From contig JANRJA010000207.1 in NCBI GenBank assembly GCA_033764315.1, positions 1-10,535 on the forward strand: a stretch of 10,535 nucleotides of DNA, in the 5' to 3' direction. A program made the translations under genes and the position numbers. The DNA comes from Oculatellaceae cyanobacterium bins.114. Lineage in GTDB: Bacteria > Cyanobacteriota > Cyanobacteriia > Elainellales > Elainellaceae. The notes below the pieces were generated by a model, which was not told the origin of the DNA, did not search any database, and saw only the letters and a program-made list of their open reading frames with translations. Within the stretch, counting starts at the first letter, position 1. The number at the start of each line of letters is the position of its first letter. Shown here one piece after another: positions 1 to 6,344 of this stretch.

Positions 1-1434
1 AGTGCGGTAGTCCAGCTCAATGGTGTGGGTTTTGCCCTTGCCCAACCAACCCCCCGTTCATCCAATCAACCCTCAAGTCGAACAACGGCAACCACTCAAC
101 CTAATCGTTCCCTTGACCCTGACCCCAATCCATTACAACTGCCGACCAAAGTTAATGAGGTACAGCTTCAAAGCACCCAATCGATTACATTACAGGAGGC
201 GATCGCTCTAGCAGAGCGTAATAATCGAGATCTCCAAGTGGCAGAACTGACCCTGAAGCGCGGGCAGGCAGCATTACGACAGGCACGAGCCGCATTGTAC
301 CCAACTCTGGCAGGTGAAACCGAGATTGGATACGAACGGTCAGCAAACGATCGACTGGATGATTTGAAATACCTGAATGAAGATGCATCTCCAACGGGTG
401 TTTTGGGTGGCAGAGTAGAAGTAAGTTATGACATTTTCACATCAGGCAGACGACCCGCTCAAATTCGCGCAGCAGAGGCTCAGGCTCGCTATGAACAATT
501 AGAAGTAGAACGACTACGGGCACAAATTCGACTAGATGTGACCAATGCTTACTATGACGTGCAACAGGGTGATGAGCAGGTACGCATTGCTCAGGGAGCC
601 ATAAAAAATGCTGAGAGGAATTTATCTGACGCACAAGCCTTAGAAGAGGGAGGAATTGGCACAAAATATGATGTGAGTCGTGCTAGGGTTCAACTTGCAA
701 ATTCGCAGCAGGACCTTACAGATGCTCAAGTGCAGCAAGCAACTACTCGTCGTCAGTTGGTGCAGTTACTCAGCTTGTCTGAAATGGCAGACGTGAGTGC
801 TGCAGATCCGGTGCAGAAGGCTAACGAATGGACACTGTCTTTAGAGGACAGCATTTTACTGGCATACAAAAACCGGGTTGAATTTCAGCAGCAGTTAGAG
901 CAGCGCACGATCGCTCAACAGCAACGCAAAGCCGCGATCGCAGGTCGTTTGCCCCAAATCAGCTTGTTTGGTAACTATCAATTCTTGAATGAGTTTAATG
1001 AACCCTTTGGAACCCTTGATGGATATGCAGCAGGAGTACGCTTGAGATGGACGTTTTTTGATGGAGGCGCAACCTTTGCGGCGGCAGATCAGAACCGTAC
1101 GAATCAGGCGATCGCAGAAACCCGTTTTGCCCAAACCCGCAACCAAGTTCGATTTCAAGTAGAGCAAGCATTCAAAAATCTGCAAGCCAACGACCGCAGC
1201 ATTGAAACGGCAACCACTGCATTGAAGGAAGCTCAGAACGTGGCAGAGGTGGCAGAATTTCGGTTTCAGCAGGGCGTGAGCACCCAGTTGGATGTTATCA
1301 CTGCTCGCAATGACTTAATCCGTGCCGAGAGCAATCGACTGAGAGCCGTTTTGAACTACAACCGTGCCTTAGCAGCCCTGCAACGAGCTGTTAGCGGACT
1401 CCCCTCGAACAAACCTGCCAGTTCTTCTAAATGA
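1..1434 (+). CDS. TolC-family outer membrane efflux protein (5' end outside window)
   Basis: The frame is open from base 1 (SAVVQLNGVGFALA-Q looks like the end of a signal peptide), so the GTG at 25 is probably not the true start. OEP-repeat features: ITLQEAIALAERNN, AALYPTL, YDIFTSG, VTNAYYDV, RLPQISL, WTFFDGG, RFQQGVSTQLDVITA, YNRALAALQRAV. Confidence 0.93.
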   Translation, partial: SAVVQLNGVGFALAQPTPRSSNQPSSRTTATTQPNRSLDPDPNPLQLPTKVNEVQLQSTQSITLQEAIALAERNNRDLQVAELTLKRGQAALRQARAALYPTLAGETEIGYERSANDRLDDLKYLNEDASPTGVLGGRVEVSYDIFTSGRRPAQIRAAEAQARYEQLEVERLRAQIRLDVTNAYYDVQQGDEQVRIAQGAIKNAERNLSDAQALEEGGIGTKYDVSRARVQLANSQQDLTDAQVQQATTRRQLVQLLSLSEMADVSAADPVQKANEWTLSLEDSILLAYKNRVEFQQQLEQRTIAQQQRKAAIAGRLPQISLFGNYQFLNEFNEPFGTLDGYAAGVRLRWTFFDGGATFAAADQNRTNQAIAETRFAQTRNQVRFQVEQAFKNLQANDRSIETATTALKEAQNVAEVAEFRFQQGVSTQLDVITARNDLIRAESNRLRAVLNYNRALAALQRAVSGLPSNKPASSSK

Positions 1435-1479
1435 GAAACGGTTTAACGAATTTATCCTTTGATTTCAAAGGTAACAGTT

Positions 1480-1692
1480 ATGTCTTTGCTTTTCCTCATT
1501 CCGCTGGTTATTGGCTTATTAGCCGCCCGTTCATCAAAAAAATGCACCGATGATCTTGCTGAACTCACAGGTTTCGTTGCAGCATTGAGTCTAATTCTAA
1601 GTCTAGTCCTAGCTCCCTGGCAGATTCTATTTCTGCTGTTAACGCTAATCATTAGTGCAAAAACTTCTCAACGCCAACGACCTGTTGCATGA
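1480..1692 (+). CDS. small hydrophobic cyanobacterial membrane protein (70 aa), unknown function
   Basis: ATG at 1480 preceded by AAAGGT. Two to three hydrophobic segments; LFLIPL...D(D/E)...SLILSLVLAPWQI resembles a conserved small cyanobacterial family (recalled, not searched). Confidence 0.75.
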   Translation: MSLLFLIPLVIGLLAARSSKKCTDDLAELTGFVAALSLILSLVLAPWQILFLLLTLIISAKTSQRQRPVA

Positions 1693-1712
1693 CGAAGCAT
1701 CTCAGGCTTATC

Positions 1713-1745
1713 TTTCATCTCACTTTCATCGGAAGCAGCGAAACT
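1713..1745 (+). promoter_or_regulatory. OmpR-type direct-repeat box 1 plus -10 element
   Basis: TTTCAT-ctcac-TTTCAT (1713-1729), 10 nt, GAAACT (1740-1745); upstream of the M23 gene. Confidence 0.8.
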
Positions 1746-1789
1746 GATATAAGTGCCTTTTCGAGAATAACCAACGAAAGATTTTAGTG

Positions 1790-3001
1790 ATGTCCGAACG
1801 AATTCACCCCGTTGACCCATCGCCAAATGGTAAACGCTATTTATCTCGACTCAAGCAAGGACTCATCTGTATTAGCAGTTTTTCTCTTCTAAATAGCGGG
1901 ATTGCGATCGCTCAAGCTCAATCAGATCAAGAAATTACTCCCATCGATCCAGCTTCCCAACCTGCTGTAGAAGTTGCACCAGCTATTTCTGCACCCAGTC
2001 CAGCCTTTGTTAAGACTACGCCAACGCCATCTGAAACACCCCCATCGGCTTCCTCTGACCCAATCACCACTGCACCCGTAGAGGCTACTGAGTCATATAT
2101 CGATTCAACGCCCTACAGTCTTGGAGCTACTGATCGAGAAAAGCCTGTCGTCATTGCTCGTCCTACTCGAAGTCCCATCATTGCTCCAAGTTCAGTAAGC
2201 ACCCGCTATTCAATGAGCGTAGATGCTGGCAGCGTGAATTTTTCAAGCGCAAATCCTGCTGGAATTTACCCTGGAAGCACTACCGCTTCTGGCACAAATT
2301 ACTATCACAAACTGCCCTACCAAACCAAACCATTCAACACCATCAGCCTAATTTTTCCCCTTTCTATTCCGGCTCCCATTACTTCGATTTTTGGTTGGAG
2401 AGTTCATCCTATTAGTGGCGTGTTTCGCTTCCACTCTGGTACTGATATCGGCGCACCGTTAGGAACCCCCGTATTAGCTGCCTATGCCGGGAAGGTGGAG
2501 ATTGCAGACTTTCTCAGCGGCTACGGTTTGTCTGTTTCCATCAAACATCAGAATGGAACCAAAGATACGCTCTACGCCCATCTGTCCGAAATTTTTGTCA
2601 ACCCAGGACAATGGGTGAAACAAGGAGATGTGATTGGGCGTGTTGGCAGCACCGGAACTGCAACTGGACCAAACCTCCACTTTGAACTACGACAGTCAAC
2701 TCCCGAAGGTTGGGCTGTAATAGACTCTGGCGCACAGTTAGAATATGCCCTGGCTGGTTTAGTGAAAGCATTGCAAACAGACAAATCTTCAGCCCAAGCT
2801 CGAAGCATAAAACAGAAACAAGTGAGCAGTCGTGTTGGTAGTGTAGAACTGGTAACCAAACCAACTCTTCCTTTTGAACTGCGCCAGTCAACGCTTGAAG
2901 CTTGGGCAGCATTGGATCCTGGTGTTCAGTTGGAATATATCTTGGCTCAACTGGTAAAACCGTTACAAACAGCGAAATCGCCTGCTCAACCTCGTAGCTG
3001 A
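1790..3001 (+). CDS. M23/LytM-family metallopeptidase-like protein with N-terminal signal/TM segment and Pro/Ser/Thr-rich linker
   Basis: ITSIFGWRVHPI, HSGTD (HxxxD), GYGL, TLYAHLS, VKQGDVIGRVGSTG and GPNLHFE (canonical GPHLHFE). Start is GTG 1787 or ATG 1790. Confidence 0.93.
   Translation: MSERIHPVDPSPNGKRYLSRLKQGLICISSFSLLNSGIAIAQAQSDQEITPIDPASQPAVEVAPAISAPSPAFVKTTPTPSETPPSASSDPITTAPVEATESYIDSTPYSLGATDREKPVVIARPTRSPIIAPSSVSTRYSMSVDAGSVNFSSANPAGIYPGSTTASGTNYYHKLPYQTKPFNTISLIFPLSIPAPITSIFGWRVHPISGVFRFHSGTDIGAPLGTPVLAAYAGKVEIADFLSGYGLSVSIKHQNGTKDTLYAHLSEIFVNPGQWVKQGDVIGRVGSTGTATGPNLHFELRQSTPEGWAVIDSGAQLEYALAGLVKALQTDKSSAQARSIKQKQVSSRVGSVELVTKPTLPFELRQSTLEAWAALDPGVQLEYILAQLVKPLQTAKSPAQPRS
2615..2998 (+). 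repeat. 192-nt (64-codon) in-frame tandem duplication at the 3' end of the M23 gene
   Basis: Unit 1 2615-2806 (VKQGDVIGRVGS...AQARS) and unit 2 2807-2998 (IKQKQVSSRVGS...AQPRS); 40/64 residues identical by hand alignment without gaps. Confidence 0.92.
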
Positions 3002-3046
3002 AAATGCATTTAGAACTAATAATCAACAGCAATCAATAGAGCAAAA

Positions 3047-3079
3047 TTTCACCCGGCTTTCATCCCAACCTGTCACACT
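3047..3079 (+). promoter_or_regulatory. OmpR-type direct-repeat box 2 plus extended -10
   Basis: TTTCAC-ccggc-TTTCAT (3047-3063), 10 nt ending TGT, CACACT (3074-3079); upstream of the pxcA-like gene. Confidence 0.8.
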
Positions 3080-3165
3080 TTTTACAAAGGCTTCTTATCA
3101 AAACAGTGCTTCTTCTCACTTCCTCGCCTGCTGTTCAAGAAGCCTAACTTTTGCTTCTGAAGCCA

Positions 3166-3981
3166 ATGAAACTCAGATCGGCTTTTCAAAAAACAGGTCT
3201 TCTTCCTCGCTCTATCAACCAGACGCTGGAGAAATTTAGAAGAAGTTTAGATCCGAAGGGTGAGTCTGAGATTCTTGAAGAATTTCAAGCGTCTCGAACT
3301 CGAACAATTATTTCTTTACGCTACTTGTTAATCCTGCTGATTGTTCCATTACTAATCAACCAAATCTCCAAAAACTTCGTGATTGAGCCGTTAGTGAAAA
3401 ATGTTTGGCTGAATCGACAGTTGGAAGTTTTTGTAAACTCAACTCAAGAAGAGCGCCTACTAGCAGAGTTGCGTGATTTTCAAGCTCAAATTCGATTTGA
3501 ATCTCTCGTTAAAGAAAGTCCGGCATTCTCTGAACAGAAGATGCAAGAAAAGATTCACGATAAAGCGATCACTTTATCCGAGAAGTATACAGATGAAAGC
3601 ATTAGTGCGATTAGCAACATTTTTGCAGATACACTCGCTGCGATCGCTTTCATTATGCTAATTATTAAAGGCAAAGAGCAACTTTCTGCCCTAAAACAGT
3701 TTGTTGATGAACTGATATACGGTCTAAGCGATTCTGCCAAAGCTTTTTTTCTCATTCTGCTCACCGATATGTTTGTTGGTTTTCACTCCTCTTATGGCTG
3801 GGAAATCCTGTTGAAAGCTACTTCACATCACTTTGGGTTGCCTGAGAGCAAGCAATCTATCTCCCTTTTTATTGCAACTGCTCCAGTCATACTAGATGCA
3901 ATTGGTAAATACTGGATTTTTCGTTATCTTAACCGCATCTCTCCCTCATCTGTTGCAACCTATCGCAACATGAATGAATAA
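3166..3981 (+). CDS. CemA/PxcA-family (proton extrusion protein-like) membrane protein, short form (~271 aa)
   Basis: LPRSI, YGLSDSAKAF..IL.TD.FVGFHS..GWE, HFGLP, FIAT.PVILD and KYWIFRYLNRISPS.VATYRNMNE are hallmark CemA/PxcA C-terminal motifs. ATG 3166 is preferred over TTG 3151. Confidence 0.92.
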   Translation: MKLRSAFQKTGLLPRSINQTLEKFRRSLDPKGESEILEEFQASRTRTIISLRYLLILLIVPLLINQISKNFVIEPLVKNVWLNRQLEVFVNSTQEERLLAELRDFQAQIRFESLVKESPAFSEQKMQEKIHDKAITLSEKYTDESISAISNIFADTLAAIAFIMLIIKGKEQLSALKQFVDELIYGLSDSAKAFFLILLTDMFVGFHSSYGWEILLKATSHHFGLPESKQSISLFIATAPVILDAIGKYWIFRYLNRISPSSVATYRNMNE

Positions 3982-4005
3982 ATTATTTACAGTTAAAGAT
4001 TGAAG

Positions 4006-4038
4006 TTTCATCCTAGTTTCATTCCCTTTTGAGATTCT
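4006..4038 (+). promoter_or_regulatory. OmpR-type direct-repeat box 3 plus extended -10
   Basis: TTTCAT-cctag-TTTCAT (4006-4022), 10 nt ending TGA, GATTCT (4033-4038). Confidence 0.8.
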
Positions 4039-4096
4039 GTAAATACTAGCCTTTTAGTTGGCTATAAACCTGAGAGTTTCATTTCGGAGAAATGCA

Positions 4097-4462
4097 ATGA
4101 AAAAGTTAGTTTATATAACTACTGCAACACTTGTCCTGGTGTCTTCAATTTCTGCTGTTTTGGCGATCGTATCCACAAGTTCTGCCGCTTACGCAGGTGA
4201 AACATCTGACTCTGCATACTGCCAGAAAGCCTTCAAACCAGCAACTTCAGGAGGAGCCGTGCGAGAACGGTTGACGGCGATGGCAAAGTGCAACTCAACA
4301 AATACCATCTCAAACACATCAGCCGTACAGCCGCTGAAGAGTTCGTTGACTACCAATTCCACTAATGCATCTAATGTCTGTGTCATTCCTCCAGCCGGAA
4401 CTACAGGAGGGTCTATTAGGCAAAACTTTGAAGCTTCAACAAGATGCAACTCAGGGCGTTAA
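4097..4462 (+). CDS. secreted hypothetical protein (121 aa) with two Cys-bounded internal repeats
   Basis: GGAG at 4086-4089 before ATG 4097; Sec-type signal MKKLVY...AAYA; two C...GG-x2-R-x4-A-x3-CNS units. Confidence 0.8.
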   Translation: MKKLVYITTATLVLVSSISAVLAIVSTSSAAYAGETSDSAYCQKAFKPATSGGAVRERLTAMAKCNSTNTISNTSAVQPLKSSLTTNSTNASNVCVIPPAGTTGGSIRQNFEASTRCNSGR

Positions 4463-4519
4463 CCATAACAGACTGAATTGCAAAGTAGAACTTCTGTAAT
4501 TGATCGAAGGAGAACATTG

Positions 4520-4987
4520 ATGAAACAGTTCACTGCTATTGCTGCATCTGTGCTGACTTTTACCTCTTTCAGTCCTGCTGCCAATGCCACTTCTGAAGCA
4601 AATGTGCCTCATATCGTAGGAGGGGTAGGAAATCCAAACAACACGTCTTTCCAGCCTGCCAACTATTCAATCAAGCTACATGTCACTGGCAGATCCCTCT
4701 TGCAAGTATCAATTGAGCCACCTACTGGAGGTCGATTAAGCGATGCGATCAAAATTACCGACCAATCTGGCAAAAAATTAGATGCCACTATTTCGCTGAA
4801 TGGGCAGAGAGTTTTAATTGTCTTTGCTCAACCCATTGCACCAGGAAGTACCTTGACTATTGGTATGCAGCAGGTGAGAACACTAGACAACGAAATGGTT
4901 TGGCATTTTCCAGTCGCTGCCAAACTAGAGGGTATCTCTGAGGACATTCCAATGGGTGCAGTGAGAGTGCAACCTCATATCCGCTGA
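4520..4987 (+). CDS. secreted DUF2808-like protein
   Basis: AGGAG at 4508-4512 before ATG 4520; signal peptide ending ANA; beta-rich body with I.F.QP(I/V)APG.TL.I and IPMG.VR motifs typical of cyanobacterial DUF2808 proteins. Confidence 0.75.
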   Translation: MKQFTAIAASVLTFTSFSPAANATSEANVPHIVGGVGNPNNTSFQPANYSIKLHVTGRSLLQVSIEPPTGGRLSDAIKITDQSGKKLDATISLNGQRVLIVFAQPIAPGSTLTIGMQQVRTLDNEMVWHFPVAAKLEGISEDIPMGAVRVQPHIR

Positions 4988-5028
4988 CACCCGGTTTACA
5001 CCTAGACTTTCAGAACCGGATATTTAAC

Positions 5029-5065
5029 AGTCGAGTCGTGGTTGTATTTCTGCGGCTCGGCTTTT
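5029..5065 (+). terminator. probable intrinsic terminator after the 4097-4987 unit
   Basis: AGTCGAGTCGTGG (5029-5041) pairs with CTGCGGCTCGGCT (5050-5062): 13 bp including 4 G:U pairs, which work only on + strand RNA. 8-nt loop, followed by a short T run. Confidence 0.6.
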
Positions 5066-5113
5066 GACTGCGAAGTTGCAATATATACAAAGATATACAG
5101 GTGAGCAGAAAAC

Positions 5114-5146
5114 TTTCACCGTACTTTCATTCTGCCTTGCCAGACT
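5114..5146 (+). promoter_or_regulatory. OmpR-type direct-repeat box 4 plus extended -10
   Basis: TTTCAC-cgtac-TTTCAT (5114-5130), 10 nt ending TGC, CAGACT (5141-5146). Confidence 0.8.
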
Positions 5147-5195
5147 AGAAGTAAACCAATCCCCAGAGGGGGGATTTTTAGTTTAGGAGAGTCAG

Positions 5196-5444
5196 ATGAA
5201 ATACCTTGCTTTTGCCACTTTTGTTTTGATGCTCGTTGCTTCAGCCTTTACAGCAAATGCGGCAGAAACAAAATGTAAAGGCGATGCACTGCGAAAAAAG
5301 CCTCCGATACCGAATCATCCTACCCACATCCGTAATGTAGTGTGGCGTAATACGCGGGCGATGTGTCTTCAGGAACTTTCGCAGATGCCAAAGCCTCCGG
5401 CAGCAAGTAACATACCCTCTACCCAGCCGTCTTCATCAAACTAA
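5196..5444 (+). CDS. small secreted hypothetical protein (82 aa) with C-x29-C loop and HPTH motif
   Basis: AGGAG Shine-Dalgarno just upstream, signal peptide MKYLAF...ANA, and its own promoter box upstream. Confidence 0.8.
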   Translation: MKYLAFATFVLMLVASAFTANAAETKCKGDALRKKPPIPNHPTHIRNVVWRNTRAMCLQELSQMPKPPAASNIPSTQPSSSN

Positions 5445-5552
5445 ACAACGGCGCGACGCTCATTCAGGGACATCTATACAATCTCAGTGAACGAACCAAT
5501 AATTGATCGCTCCCGGATTGCCCTTCTGAAGCCAGGAGGATTTTTGCAGAAA

Positions 5553-5585
5553 TTTCATCCTGTTTTCATTGTCACCTGTCAAGCT
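5553..5585 (+). promoter_or_regulatory. OmpR-type direct-repeat box 5 plus extended -10 (autoregulatory site)
   Basis: TTTCAT-cctgt-TTTCAT (5553-5569), 10 nt ending TGT, CAAGCT (5580-5585); upstream of the response regulator. Confidence 0.85.
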
Positions 5586-5633
5586 AAGAATGAGAGTTCT
5601 AATCCTGGGTAGGGGGATATTCAGTCGTCAGAG

Positions 5634-6344
5634 ATGAAAGTTCTGTTAGTTGAAGATGAAATCGATTTGGGAGCAGCACTCCAGCGCACTTTGCAGCAGG
5701 AGAAATACATTGTGGACTGGGTGCAAGATGGAGCGGATGCCTGGGACTATTTAGACAGTCGGCAAACTCAGTACACGCTGGCGATTTTTGACTGGATGTT
5801 ACCCAGTTTGACAGGTCCAGAACTCTGTAAACGATTACGAGAACGGCAGAATTCTCTGCCTGTGTTGATGTTGACAGCACGAGACCGTTGGGAAGATAAG
5901 GTGGTGGGCTTGGATGCGGGAGCCGATGACTACCTGGTCAAGCCGTTTCGGATGGAAGAGTTGCTAGCACGGCTACGGGCATTATGGCGGCGATCACCTC
6001 AATTTCAACCCACACAAATTCAGGTCGGCAGCTTCACCCTCGACTGCCATAACCGCACTATTTGCTGGCAATCTCCTCAAAAAAATGGCCGAACCGTTCG
6101 ACTCAGCAAGAAAGAGTTCCAGCTCATGGAATACTTCATGAAACATCCTCGCCACGCTGCCACCCGTGACCAGATCCTGAGCTACCTTTATGAGGTAGAC
6201 ACTGAGCGGATCAGTAATGTTGTTGCAGCGCAGGTGCGGTTGTTACGACGCAGACTCACGGAATTAGGCTGTGAGGATGCGATTCAAACAGTTCCGGGAG
6301 GAGGATATCGGCTTAATCCCGCCTATGCAGACGCGGTTGTTTAG
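5634..6344 (+). CDS. rppA: OmpR-family response regulator, RppA/NrsR/CopR type
   Basis: MKVLLVEDE, FDWMLP (phosphoacceptor), LMLTARD, GADDYLVKPF; winged helix with SNVVAAQVRLLRRRL, characteristic of cyanobacterial RppA-type regulators. Confidence 0.92.
   Translation: MKVLLVEDEIDLGAALQRTLQQEKYIVDWVQDGADAWDYLDSRQTQYTLAIFDWMLPSLTGPELCKRLRERQNSLPVLMLTARDRWEDKVVGLDAGADDYLVKPFRMEELLARLRALWRRSPQFQPTQIQVGSFTLDCHNRTICWQSPQKNGRTVRLSKKEFQLMEYFMKHPRHAATRDQILSYLYEVDTERISNVVAAQVRLLRRRLTELGCEDAIQTVPGGGYRLNPAYADAVV

Noticed and set aside
1451..1468. Possible sixth box upstream of the small membrane protein (TTTATC...TTTCAA)
   Set aside because: Both halves mismatch, spacing is 6 rather than 5, and it is too close to the start codon.
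4077..4082. Extra TTTCAT in the 5' UTR, and TTTCAC at 3781 inside the pxcA-like CDS
   Set aside because: Single half-sites with no partner at 11-bp spacing.
4097..4462. GG motifs as double-glycine bacteriocin/RiPP leader cleavage sites
   Set aside because: The protein has a normal Sec signal peptide, the GG pairs lie inside Cys-bounded repeats, and no C39 transporter or modifying enzyme is visible in the window.
5083..5099. ATATACA direct repeat upstream of box 4
   Set aside because: Low complexity and not repeated at the other four promoters.
5510..5545. Possible terminator after the 82-aa gene
   Set aside because: The stem has two mismatches in 10 bp; too weak to call.
1713..5569. Recurring TTTCAT repeats as a CRISPR array or mobile repeat
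   Set aside because: Units are 17 bp, separated by whole genes and phased to -10 elements; they fit transcription-factor sites.
6271..6324. Longer upstream starts from the ORF track (6271, also 4058, 4478, 8711, 9490)
   Set aside because: Downstream ATGs give family-typical N-termini and/or have clear RBSs.
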